Positions 1-13,800 of a stretch of DNA of 64,000 bases are shown piece after piece (the stretch's first letter is position 1; each line of letters starts with the position of its first letter). The notes under the pieces are model-generated. The model ran no database searches. It was given only the letters and a program-made list of their open reading frames with translations, and was not told where the DNA came from. Both the position numbers and the translations under genes were made by a program. The DNA lies in NCBI GenBank assembly GCA_030141605.1, contig JAQGDQ010000404.1, forward strand, positions 124,001 to 188,000, written 5' to 3'. This DNA comes from Tubiluchus corallicola. Lineage: Eukaryota; Animalia; Priapulida.

Positions 1-3000
1 ACTATTATTTATTAGCTTTATTGTTTGTATGATTGAGTTAATTTGTTTTTCTAAATCACTTTCATTAATATTTTGCAGCAGCTCTTCATAATATTTCACG
101 TAACAGTTTTTTTATTCCTTCTAGATCTGTCACTATTTTATTTTCTTCAACTTTCACACCACACTGCCCCTCTTGTTTTCTTCCTTCCACTTTTCTCTTA
201 TATTTCCAGAATATATTCACTTGCTTATTCCACTCTGTATATTTAGTTTGGAATACTTCATTTTTACTCCATATCTTGTTCAACCCACCCTTTTTTTGTT
301 TTTTCCTGAACAACTCAAGTTCATTGGGCAACATCCTACAAACGTTTCCATTATTTTCCTTGCTTGATTTATTTATGTATCGCCAGTCAATGTTAACAAA
401 TACAGTGTTATGATAAGAGAACTTTTCAATGAACTGATTCTCTATACTATACATGCCCATAATTTCGGTTCATCTATTGTCATTAACTTTATTCCACCAA
501 TTTCCTCTTTATTCACAATTCAATATTCTAAAACAGATTTCTGTTCCGACTCAATCCGTGTCCAGAGACCTTCACATTTCTCAGTGGAATTAACTACACA
601 CAAATTAGTTTGATCAATTAACTTAATTAGTAATTTACCACCTGCACTACACTCTTCTTTATTTCCTTTGATCATGCGTCCAATTTTACAGTTGAAATCT
701 CCAATTAGGATAAGACTTTCACTTTTACTTTTAGCTTCTTAGACATGTTTTGTTATATGGTGATACATTTTCTTCAATTGTGATACCTTCAATTGTGTTC
801 TACTTTCTTGAGGTCCATATACAAGTCTAAGTCGTATTTTTATCTTCCCATTATTCATTATGCACCACAAACTTTCATAATTTTCCTCTGTTCTATCAAC
901 TTCTACCATCACACTGTATAGTGCTGACTTTACAATGATTATCACCCCTCCTTTGTTTTTATCTTTTCTCTCCATTCTAAAGCAACTGTATCCTTCAAAT
1001 TTTATCACATCAGACTCCTTCAAAAATGTTTCCACTAAACAGAAAATTTCTGCTTTCCATTCTTGTATAATGTTTGTAATACTCAGCAATTTCTTTTTAA
1101 TGCCCTTACAATTTCCATGAATCAAAGAAAAGTTTTTGTCCATTTTTTTATTTTGTTGTGCCCTTTTCGTTTTCTTCTTTTTAATCTTCCTTGTTTCTTT
1201 TCTATTATCACCAAAACTTGAATTCCTACTGTTAGTCTTCTCTGTATTTACACTATCATACACATCAACTTTATTTACATATTTACACATATTTCTCCAG
1301 ATACCTAATTCTTCAAGCCCCCCATAAGTCCCTCTAGAGCTTCTATAACCACCTTTATTTGGTCTTTTAGATTTTTTGTAAAAAAGACTTATCCGTTGAT
1401 TCTCTCCCCCACCTCTTTGCTTTTTTCTTTCTTAAATGTGGGTTTTTCTTTTATTTCATACTCCCAATAACCTTTCCTCCAATTTGTTGGTCCATAAACT
1501 GTTCTTCCCCTTCTATACTGCTTTTCAAAATTCTGCTTTTGTTCTGTGACTTCTTCTCCTGCTCTGTGCCAAAACCTACATTTTTTCCAAACCTACAGTA
1601 TTTCCCGTTCTCCCATTTCCAACAAACTTCTTTCATTTCTCCGAACTTCTCATGTCTATACCTGCAGTTTTCTCCATGATAACAATGTAGTCCTTTATGA
1701 TAAAAACTGCATAAAGGAACAGTACTTCTTTCATCTAGTTTCCCTAGTTTTTACTATTTTCTTCGTACCTTCTACTGTTTTTTGCAACCCACTTTTTTCT
1801 TTTGTTAACAGGTCATTAAACACATACAATGTTTGTTTATCCTTTTTTAATGCTTCAACTTCTTCTATTTTTTGTTCCAAGTTTTGCTTATACTTCCAAC
1901 CCTCTTCCTTTAGTTCTTTTATTTCTTTTTCTTTACCATTTAACTTTTTTTCTAACTCCTTTCCCTGTTCTTTAAGCCTATCCAACTGAGTGTTTTCACT
2001 TCCCTTTTGTTGCATTTGTAGTTCTTTCTCCTTTATCTGTTCCTTTAGTATTCGATTTTCTTTTTCGTACCACTCTAAGCTATTGCCCACATTTTCTTTT
2101 TGTTTTAATCTCATTTCTAACTCTATATGCACAGCTCTCAGTTCTGTAATCTCCTTTTTATATTGTTCTAATTCTTCTCTCTACTTGGGCACCGAGTGCT
2201 AATCTTCATTACCGTCTCCTTTTCCATGTCAATTTCTGATTGAAGATTTTCTCTTTGTTTTTCCCATTTACTTTTCTCTAATTTAAAGAGTTCCTCTCCT
2301 TCCTGAGAGTTTTGCTTTTCTTTTAATGCATCTTCTATTTCTTCTACTCCTGTCATTTTACCAGCATTCAATTCTCTTATTTGTTTTTTTATCTTTTTAT
2401 GCTGTGTTGCATATACTTCACACAACCAAAAAACTGTATCAGTGGTTTCCTCCCTCCACTTCTTTTCCATTTCTTTGAATGTAGTGTTAATTGCCCTATA
2501 TGCTTTTTTGCTCATTTCTATGCAGACCCCATGGTGCCATTTATTGCACCAATAACTAAGTAACCCGTCATCTTTTGCTGCAACAGTCACTTTGCACTTA
2601 GGACAGTCTTCATCATCATCCTCATCCACCTCTATTTCCAGTCTTTTCTTGCTTTTAGCTTCACCTCCTTTCCAAACACCTTTTTTCTTTTTATGATCAT
2701 GTTCTGTACTTCTAACTCGACATATTTCTTGAGCTACTATTTCACCTTCCTCACTGTCATCATGTTGTTCACTATCTACAATACTGTTTCCTATATCAAC
2801 ACTTTCTTCGTTATCAACTTGAAAATATTCCTCTACTATTCTTTCAACTCGAGTGTTGTCAAAAGTCATTAAACTTTGATTCTCACTTTCAGTTCTTTGC
2901 TGTAACATTCCTTCCACATTTATATTCTTTTCACCCACTTCAACATCCCTCTTTTGACTCTGTGTTATACTACTGCCAGCTTCAATTTCACCTTGACCAC

Positions 3001-3250
3001 ATTCCTCTACTTCCAAGTTTTTGTTTACACTTTCTGTTCCCGACATGACAAGTTTACCTCTTTGCCTAAGAACCTGTGCAGCAGACACCACAAAAGATTT
3101 GCTAAACTATATAACCCTGCTTGCTGACTATACCTCTTATTTCACGCTATAGTCTAGCTTATTCTAGCTTGCTGGTCTGAGACATTCTTCCACCCCAGAA
3201 GGCACCTGGGGATCACTGCAAACCGTGAACAAAGACACCTTTGTTAGTAA
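1..3250 (-). mobile_element. Decayed non-LTR retrotransposon (CR1/L2-like): ORF1 with PHD finger, coiled coil and CCCH fingers, plus APE endonuclease start of ORF2; runs off the window edge
   Basis: ORF 2168-3091 has a PHD-like CPKC...WCNKWHHGVC...WLCEV; 1731-2132 is a coiled coil; 1451-1636 has CWKWENGKYCRFGKN (CCCH-like). ORF 739-1290 has APE motifs (HGNCKG, CLVET, GGVIIIVK, VYGPQE), continuing past a stop to IGDFNCKIG. Several stops and frameshifts. 5' boundary is approximate. Confidence 0.85.
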
Positions 3251-3489
3251 TTTTAGTGGAAAACACAAGTGTACCTATGCTAGCAAAAAAAATCTCACTC
3301 TTTTATCAAAAAATTCAAAATAACCAAATTAGATTCTTTCAAACACCACTCAGTGCGACACACTTTCACAAATTTTAATGACAGGTTCTAATGGAGGATT
3401 CCCGCCACTCTGCAAAAAATTGTTAAAGGCAGGAACAAACTCGATATAACATATTTTATTTTCACTATATGGTCAACCACGTGGTGAGT

Positions 3490-3670
3490 AATATTATGCG
3501 CGATAAAACTTGATCTCCGCTTCACTGTAAAAGCAATATTTTTGTACATTATAGATTTTTTATCAAAGCGCGAGAAAACACGTCCCCGCGATCCACCGGC
3601 TCACATTCGCCTCGCTCTGCATTTACTGAAAGCGTGTGTCGTAGCTACCTAGTCAGTAGTCTAGGTAGTG
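3490..3670 (+). promoter_or_regulatory. Probable promoter and non-coding first exon of NSMCE4A
   Basis: Local CpG enrichment, two GCGCGA(T/G)AAA E2F-like motifs (~3497, ~3567) and donor-like CTAG|GTAGTGAGTAAG near 3664. The coding exon at 4882 begins with an acceptor 12 nt before the ATG, so an upstream exon is expected. Confidence 0.35.
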
Positions 3671-4893
3671 AGTAAGCAGTTGGCCTAGTACGTGAATTAT
3701 TATTTTTGGCAGTAATTATCCATTAAATGGTCGTAGTCACTTTAGTTGCATGTAAGTGACTTTCGGGAACAGTGCATTAATCAATTTGCTGTTACCAGCG
3801 TTATGATTGCTAACTAGAAATAAATAGTAGAAACTTTGATGCTAAGTGTGGATTTCCTATGGGAACCATCTAAACAGCACGCCGCTCTCACCGGGGTTAG
3901 GCCTAACAATAATAACTGTAATAAAGTTGCGGTTCGCTTGAGCAGCTTGGGGATTTTTCTGTCTTTCTATTACTGCAATAGTGTTAATAGTTTTTAATTT
4001 TACATCGGATAAAGTTTCATGCTAGCACGATATTAGCCATGTGCTGGAGACGAAGAACACATTACCACAAAGAATAATAAAACACTGCAAATAATACACA
4101 AGATTATACATTTGATACCACAAGAAGAACATTAATCTCATACCTGTGAAATTTCGTTTGGCATTAAATCACATTGAATGTTTAACTCTTGCAGTTTATA
4201 CTTATATCACTCTCTCGTGCAGAAGTCTGTCAATGTGACAATCTTGCTCATACGCAGTTTACTGTGCATAATGTGAGCATTTTCGCATCACATTAAATTT
4301 TTAGTGAACAACAAGTTTTCGTTGGTTACTAATAGTCTTGTCTGTAAAACATCAGTTTTAAGTGTAGAATTATATATAGTTGCCGACATGTTGCCAGCTC
4401 AAAATGGTGACTGGGATTAGTGTGTATCAAATTTCATCACTATAAGTGCCGTAATGTATGTTAATGACTAAGCTCATTTATACTGGTAACTTTATCACTT
4501 CACATTATGAATGTGTTGTACAGATAATTAGCAATAACTCTTTGTATGAAAAAATCTTGATGAAGTTATAAGCTTAAACCAAAACATTTAGCCGGCATTC
4601 TATGCTGAACTTGTGTTTATTTTTCATTTATATTTTAACATGAGAAAAATGCGTAGTAATATTTATTTGTTTATTCATAATGCAATTGCCAATTATTGAT
4701 AACAAATAATGGATTTATATTTCCTTTATTTGCCTTAAAATGTTTTTATATACAAAAATGCTCCAAAGTACTACAGCAACAAAATCATCACTTTGAAAAT
4801 TACGAACTATAGCTAGACTACAGGCTAATTGCTCCTTTTTTGTGTTCTGCTATTTTAAAAGCAATTATTTTTTCTGACTAGGTCTCAGTCACG

Positions 4894-7800
4894 ATGAGTA
4901 ATAACGAGCCTAGTCGAGATAGTGAAGCTGAAGACATGAATACTGATCAAAATCCGAACAATGATGCTAATGCGGACGAAGTTTCGGCATCTGCAGATGC
5001 AGACATGGAAGATACAGAAGAGTCTGACGGAGACACGAAGTCGGGGGTGATGTCAGATGTTGCTCTTAGAAATGCCGGTGGTGCTTTTTCAACCAGTGGT
5101 AGTGGTAGCGAGTCCTCCGATGAAGACACAGCCGCAGGCAAAGCAAGAGGTGCCGGGGATGATCATGATGGTAATGATATGCAACAAAGTGGAGGTGGTA
5201 GTAGTGGCGGAGCTGGTGATCCACATAGTAAACAGACTGAACAGCAAAGACGGGAGTTACGTAAAGCATACCGCAATATCATTGAAGAAACGAAGAGTAA
5301 GTTAAATTACTAATATGATAATTTATTAAAGTGATTTATAAAATAAAGAGTAAAGAGCTTTCTGTAGAATATGTGGCAATGTAAAATGCTTAATTATGAT
5401 GTTAATTTAAAATAGAACTTGAATACTTAAAAAGCTTTTTAGTACGGATGTTCAGCATTATATCTATGGTATACATATTCTTGGTGACCACTGGTATTAG
5501 GGATGCACCGAATATTTGGATCGCTGAATTCATTCTTTGAATATCAGTATGAAAATCTGGTCCGGTAAACTTCACTTGCACCCACCAAAGGTTCAGTGAA
5601 TTTTGGTACATGACGATGCTACTTTTTTAATAATTGTAATATTCAGTGAAAATTATGTTACAGACCAAATGTTTCCTTATAGGAAGTTATATGAAAAAAG
5701 CTGATAGTAAACGGGGAACCAACAGCCTATATTATGTTTTTTGTTTCTGTGTGATAACTCGGGGGGGGGGGGGGAATGTGATGCACAGTCGGTACACAAG
5801 TCGTGTTGATGTGCAGTATCATGGCGGTGCTGTATTATACACGAAATAAATCAATGATAAATCAATAAATCAATTGCAGTGTTGCTTAAATACTGTTTTT
5901 ATTGATTGTACAAAATAGTTTGAACAGCTTTTAAAAGAATTAGAACTGATTTTAAAATACTTAACACTTTACTACATAACCATTAAATAAAAACATAGAA
6001 CAATTTTACACAGGTCACCAATCACCACTAACTTAGAACGATTAAACATTATGGGGTTTATAATTCTTTTCAGTTGGAATTACAAAAAAATTTGGTTCGG
6101 TAAAAAAAAATCAGTTCGCCTTCTGTCCGTTATTCCAATTAATTTGATATTTTATTCGGAATTTGGTTTGGTAGCACGGCCATTAATTCGATTAAGCTTC
6201 GTTTCGATGCCACTCAAGCATAAAAAATCAGCTTCGGCTCGGTTGATGAAAACGTGCCTTCGGTGCATCCCTATCTGGTACGTATTTCAGCTTATATGTG
6301 TAGCATGGACTGGACGGCTTTAAGGTGCATCACCTGTTACAACTGTGTGTTGAAAAATGTAGTATGTTTTATTATTTTTATTCAATTCTAGTGGTTTTCT
6401 GTTTAGATTTTTTGTGTTACCTTTAAAAATATTGGTGGTAATATGAGACATATATATAGGAGCATTATGTTAAATTAGTAATAAAATTTTTTTTGTTACA
6501 TGATGATATAGCTATCTGAGCCTTTTTATGCATGATTATATTTTTAGAGAGTAGAGAAAACATTGTAGGAGCAAGCTCTGATGAGTTGATCGACAGATTG
6601 CAAGTGGCGCAGGATATGTTTTCAGCAGGTATGTATTCTTAGCAATGAAATAGGCATCGGTATAAACTTATTGTATAGAGAATTGGTCTACCAATGTTAC
6701 TCAACTGAGAGGTTGTTTTTAAACCTTGAATTTTTCTCTGTGTCAGTAGCAATATGATTAAATTACAGAATAGTAATAATTAGACGAGTTTTTAATTTTT
6801 GTATGTTTCTCAGTTCAGGCAACTAGAGAAGCTGTGTTAGATGCTAAACTTCTGCACCTCATCTCAGGAATGGGAAGACAGCACGTGCAGGGACTGCACA
6901 CGAATCTCGTTACATTCCAACCAGTAGAGTTCAGTGAAAAACTTGTAAGTGTAACAAAATGTTTATGGTTTATACACAATTACACATGAACTGCATTAAA
7001 ATTCTCAACCTACACTATAGGGAGTAAGTCTTTGTATTTCATGAACTTATGATAAGCAAAGGGTCTTTCCTGCAATAAGCATTTACAAATTGTAGTTTTC
7101 AGAAAGGTGTTCAAAATCTGTACTTTTCATAAACTGCAACAAAGTTTTAATTTTCTTACAATACTTCTATACTTACTTATACCTATTATTTATTGAATGA
7201 ATTATAAAGTTCATTTTGTGGTAAAAGTGAATTTCTTCTTTACAGCTGACGCAGTTATCTGGTGGAGTATGGCAGCAGGATGAACCTGACTTGAGCCTTG
7301 AGCAGTGGGCAAAATTCGGCAAGGAATTTGCAACTCCGATGCTGAAGACTGCACCAAGTTTTCATTTTTTGTTAGTAATGTTGTGTTATTGTTATTCTCT
7401 TGATGACTGCTTAAAAACTATTATTTGCTTCTTTAGTACTTGTAATTAAAGTTTGTCTTACAGATTTAACCAGACTTGCCCCAAATAGTTTTTTATATGT
7501 TTGAGATTCTATTATATTATTAATTATAGTATTGATTTTTTTAATTAAATTTTTGAGACTTTTTGGATTTATACATGAAGTCTATTGCAAGTTTTGGATT
7601 CAAAGGAAAACATAGGCGTGTTTTTATGATATTTCAGATTTGGGTCGTTTGAGCGAGGCGAAGTGAATCTGGCACATATCAGGAGAATACGCAATGCTCA
7701 AGACAAAAACAATGCAGAGCCCAACAAACCAAAAAATTTGGTGAGCTTTACGCAAGTTTGTTGTTGCAAGTGTTAATTTTGTGTGTTAATTTTCAGTACT

Positions 7801-10800
7801 TAAGAAACAGATGTTAGGAGTAGACAATATACATATTGGCTCAAAAGACGTCTATGCTTATATGTCATAGTTACTTATTCTCATTTAAAACAAAAGCCCC
7901 TTCTCACCATTGTTTTTTGCTAAAGCTCAAATAACATATTTTGAAATCACATTTCAGTTGTTGTTGTAGAATAATCAAGTAAGTAAGTGGCCAGTTAGAC
8001 TAATTTACTTGCATTGGTTGCTTCGCAGTTTGCCAGGCAGAGTATGCCATGCAGTTTTCTAATTGTTTGACTCTTGAGCGGTAACGTCATTGCAGGAAGG
8101 CTGACAATGGGTGGACGACTAGACAAGCTCATTACCCGGATTTTTTCGTGTAGATCTTACTGAGCAAATTAATTTATACCACCATAATCTTTTGAAAATT
8201 CTTCACATTTTGGTAAAGAAAGTCAACTTCCTACGGTGTATAAGGACTTAAATGCAGTTCAGAGCCAGAATTTCGAATTCAGGTTTTACCTGAATGTTAA
8301 AAAAACTAAAGAAATATTGGCACTGATGTGACTTTTTGCTGATTCGCAAATATATTGAGCAGTTTTTGTTTCAAATGCTCATGGTACATCTCTTGATGAA
8401 GGAAATGATTACTGTGATTCACTGACAAAATCAAAAAGAAGCAACAAAATTCTAAATGATTTGGAGACTGAATCAGGGAACAATGGGCCTCATTCTGAAA
8501 AAGTTATTTCAAACACCAAAGTTTTACTTTTAGTTGTGTTTGGATAGCTAACTTACTGGTAAAGAAATTCCTTTTTCGTGTATTTGTGTTACTTCACTCC
8601 CGCTGGCTAAAATAGTCTGCTACACCTATTATTGTGTTTAAATTTACATGTCTGAGCCAGAGCACAAACAGCTAGTATACATTAAGTATGGACATTATAG
8701 GTAAATATTTGCATAAATAGCCTCGTGTTTTACATTTAGTTGCCAGATACACACATTATGGCGCTTAATATACTTAGAGCAAGTAAAATGTGCTAAAACA
8801 GAGATTAACCGATCTGACTATTAATTTGTAATTTTATAATATGGCAGATTTTCACGTTAGAATTCCTTTTCAATTATAATAAACATCTGGGTATTAGGTT
8901 TAATAATTATTTGGGTGTAAACGGTGTGCTTCGTTTTATTAAGAGGCGCTTAAAAGTTTAGCAAATTTAATAAATGTTTGTCTACTGATTTTGTACAAGC
9001 GGCAACAAGGAATGAAAATCAGTCTCAGTTTAACTCTTTTTTACTTCCTATAAAACACTTAAATACCTATAATTTTTTAAACTTTGCATGCATTGGTAAC
9101 ATGTGATTGAATTAGCTGCAGTTTCTGTGCCCGATAACCGGATAGTGGATATCTGTTTATAACTATGTTCAGTTCCTCGATGACATTCACTTGTAACCCT
9201 CCAGGATCCTGTGTTGATGTCATACCACGTTATATGGGCAAAGTTTGGCCAGTGCAGAATCTGCAGATATAGTACAACGAATGCTCAAATTGTCATGTAT
9301 TATTAATTAACCAGGGCAGTTATTGCACACAAAATTCGATCTTACTGTTTCTGCTCTTTGCAACTGGATGGTTTTTGTATAGACAGGCTTTTACTTTTAA
9401 GGAAAAATGATCAGTGGAACTTGTAAAGAAATCGGTTGTTGCTCACTCGCCACATGAAATGATTAACACTTATAGTGAATGTTTTGTTTTCCATGGGGTT
9501 ACAGTCTTAACAGTGTTAGTCTCTTAAAACATCCTGCTTAGTGTATTTAGTGACTGCAACTTTGAGCAACACCAAGGTAGGTGGGTGAGTAGATTGGTGA
9601 CCACTGGGCTAGATACTTACTCTGGGCAGTTTCGTTTACTAAGCCGAGTCTAGCTGTTTATCTTGTTCATTGAAAATGTATTCATGTCCAGACATGATTA
9701 AGTGGATCATCTTAGACGGTTACCAGTCACATACTTTACAATAGGGATAGCTAGAATGGTAACATTAATAAATCCCAAGAATATTAATGCAAACTGTAAA
9801 ATACAAAACGATACATTTTAAGTGGCTGGCCCACTAACATCAGCAGTTCTGAGTAACATGCTTAATTGTCGTTATAATTATCAATTTCAAAATTCATACT
9901 TTTTAGGTGGTTTAAAGGACTAAGTGTTTATCCATATTTTTACAATCGTGATATTATAATATTTTATTGCAGACAAATCCAGATAAAAGTGAACATGAAG
10001 CTACAACAGAAGAAATCGAGAGAGTGTATGGCATTTTATGTAACTTGTCTGCTCAAAATGATGGAGGTAGGGTGCTTTTGCTTTTTATTTCGTTTCATCT
10101 GACAGTGTGGAATTTGCACTTTGTGTTTAATCAGATGTCTTAGACAATGAATAGTTGAGAAAGGAGACATTAAAAAGTATTGCGTTGTCTTTAAATAGCA
10201 CACAATTTGAAAAGAGTTAATACAATTCAACAAGCTAGTAAAAGTGTATTTGAAAGTTTTTCATTTGTTAAAAAACAAGGTAAATATAAGGGTATTACAA
10301 AGCTGTACTATTCCACATATTTTGCATGTATATTGTGCCGTCTATAGTCATGGCTTCTGTATGTGAAAACGTATTTTTGCAAGTAATATGGATAGTTAAT
10401 TGGCAATTATTAATCTGAGCACTGGGTAAGACTTAGGGTAGAACTTCATTTACGTGTTATGCTTGATCTATGATGTGTTGTGTACATACAAGAGTTTGCA
10501 TTTAAATACGTGGCAGTGTTTCCATGTGTTGTAATGTGCGACGTGTGATGCATGATGCTTATTCACTCGAACGTGATTGCTATCGTTCGAGTATGCATCA
10601 TGCAGCAATTCGCAGATGTTAAACCACATTGCCTAGGTGATTTAGCGAGTTTTCATGTTTCTGGTGACCATTTGAGCTAATTTGCTTCCTAGTCAGGTGC
10701 GTTTTGGTCACATCAGCACCTGTGTAAGTATTATTTCTTTCATTCGAGTTTTTGAGACGTGGAAGAATAATATAATTTCTTTGTTCTATATCTAGTTGCT

Positions 10801-13800
10801 GTTCCTTTATGAAGTGATTATACATGCTGTGTTGTTCTGTCCCTTGCAAAATGTTATGTATTCAAAAGTTGTGCATTCTTTTGAGTTTTTCCATTTAATA
10901 GAACAATGGTAAGCCAATGCCACCACTGTGATTGTTTCTTGGTCACTGTCACGTTTAGTGATTATATCCAATTTTCACGAACAGCAAACTTTAAATGACA
11001 GAAAAAGCAGCCATAAGCTTCGTTAATACGCATAGCATTCACAGATACATGGAAACGGTCAATGCGTATCACGCATCACTCATTACATGCATTCCCATTT
11101 ACATAAGGCATATAACACTTAAAAAAATGATGTCTAATGTCGAATATGAATGCTTAAAAGAATGATGTCTAAGATATAATATGAACTCTTGCTTACTAAG
11201 TGAGCCACAGAAATATATCCATTTCAGAGCTGCCGCTTCTGTGCTATTTTTTTTATTCGTGACATACACTCTGCTTAGTGTTTCATAACTTGCTACAGCG
11301 TTGCATATTTCAGAAAATATGGCTCCTGTAGGTTAATGATTTAAAAGGGCTTAATGTACTTGAGATTTTTCAATTTGTTAGATGGTAGAGATTGTATTTT
11401 CCAGACAGAAGCTTCCCGAAAGAGTTCAAGTTTTGGTTGCAACGCAGATTCTTTATCTCACTTAGAATTTATTCATTCTCATACTTTAAATAATCATGCT
11501 GTGTCTAACTGATGCTTTTAATTGTGATTATCAAAATATGCTTGAGACGATTAATAGTAATAACTTGTTGTTAATTTCAAAGTTGAACGTCTAAATATGG
11601 CTTAATAAGAAGATTATGTAACCTTTTGTATGACTAATTTTGTTCTACTCTCAATTTTTGTTTCATTTGCAGCACCTATAGATTATTTTGAGTTTGTTGT
11701 TAATCCAGACTCATTTGGACATACCATCGAGAACATTTTCCACGTGTCTTTCCTTATTCGGGTATGTAGGTTTTCCTCGAAAATTCGCCATTATTTGCTT
11801 GTCATTAAAGACAGTAATTGTTGCATATAGTTTTTTTTTGTTTTAATTGGACTGCCTTAATCCTTTTCCCCCTTATTGTCAAAATTTTTTAATGTTTTTA
11901 TATTGTTTCTTTATTAAACAGTTTTCATTGTTAAAAACTCTTTAGCATTCTTAGTGAGTTGTATCATTGAAGAGGCGCCCACAACATTTTAGTAATAAGT
12001 TTAACTTTAATTTTCTTTTACACAAATAACAAAAAAATATGTTTCAGCAAATATCAGGACCAGCACCTGGACCAATAGAAATAACGTGTACTAAGCGGTG
12101 ATGTGGAATAATAAGGAAGCATGCACCCTTGTTAAGTAGATAAGAAATAGGCCCCTGGGATATGGATAGCGCAGAAGAATGATGTGGAAGCATAAAACAT
12201 GCCCTTAAGCAAATAATAAGAAATTGAACTTACACAAACAAAAATTCAAACAACACAAACAACAGAAACGTGCATGATGCATCTAAACACATAATGAGAT
12301 ACCATGCATTTTAATATTTAAATAGGTAATGAAAAGTCTGCGCTTGAACAAATAGCAACAAAGTATGCAACTTGGTGAATAAAAAGAAGTGTACAACTAA
12401 AGGAATAATAATAAGCCTGCTTACAAAAATGAATAATAACATTTTGTGCAAGTAGATAAATAAAAAGTAATTATGCATCTAACGCCCACAAAGAAGTATG
12501 CACCTGTTGATGAAAGGAAATTGTGTGCTTGAACAAATAATGCGGCACGTTTAAGTAAATAAATGTTTAAGTAAGTGGTTTCATCATTTAACAATTTATT
12601 TTACATAGATTCTTAGCTAATGTACTGCAGAAAGCTTACGAAAAAGAGGTCCGACAGGGTAGTGTGTCTTGCGATAAATACTATTCAGAATTTGGAATTA
12701 TTTATTAGCAAGTGTCACTAAAAGGTAATAATCAGAAAAAAATAACACGATAGTGTGCCTTTTAAAATTAGTAAAGGCGTTGACTAATTCAATTTGGAAC
12801 AACAAGTTTTTTAGATTGTGCTAATTACAAAATGTATTTGTGCAGCTTAGAGAACTTTTTCAACTTTCTTGTTCTGTGGACAGGATGGTCTGGCAAAGAT
12901 TGAATTGGATGAATGTAAATTGCCTACTTTATTGCCAATTCTACGCAAGAGTGGAGGTGACCAGGAAGAAACAATGGAGAGAAAGCAATTTGTTATCTCT
13001 TTAACTATAAAGGACTGGGAGGTTGGTATTGCATAAGTTTGTAGTGTCAGTTACAAAACACTGTAGCAGTGTTCAACATATGCAAATAGCAAAGTACCTC
13101 GGGTTATGAACTTGCCCCTTCGAGAAGGCTCTCCTTGAACTCAATTGTTCATAAACCGAACCAGTTGTTCCCATAAGAAATAGAGTAAATTGGATTAATT
13201 TGTCTCAGACATACACAGTTAACCAGTATAAATACGTACCTAGTACAAGTGATTATTGCACAATTATTGCATCGATATGCGATTCCTGAAAATTAAAAGA
13301 AAGTAAAAAAACAGCCCATTGTTACGAATAAAAACTATTTTTTTCCATTTTTGACTTTGCAGTTTGCTTTGTTGTTTAATGATAATGTTCATTATTGTCA
13401 TCCTCCTTAAAGTGCACATAGTATCACATACATTAATGTTCCCCGCTGATCATTAGTTTGTTCAGATAACACAGTTTTTTACACTCATACATGAATGATT
13501 ACCGTGCAAGTGTATGTACAGGCAGAAGTGCAGATAAAATAAAGTAATATAAATACAAATAAACATAAATAGATATACATACATACAAATACATATAAAC
13601 AAAGACACTTACATACAAAGTTAGCTGATGTGACGCAGTTAATAAAATAACAATTGAATAATAACAACTGTCTTAAAATTTACCATAAAATGCATGAAAA
13701 GGATCCTAAGGTCTGATCACATTAAAACTTTTAGTTCTCCTACGTAATTGTGAATACAATCAATAATTTTACAGTTAACATCAACATTAAAATCATCAGT

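Noticed and set aside
9170-9270. Possible intronic C/D snoRNA
   Set aside because: No canonical RTGATGA and CTGA pair with a terminal stem.
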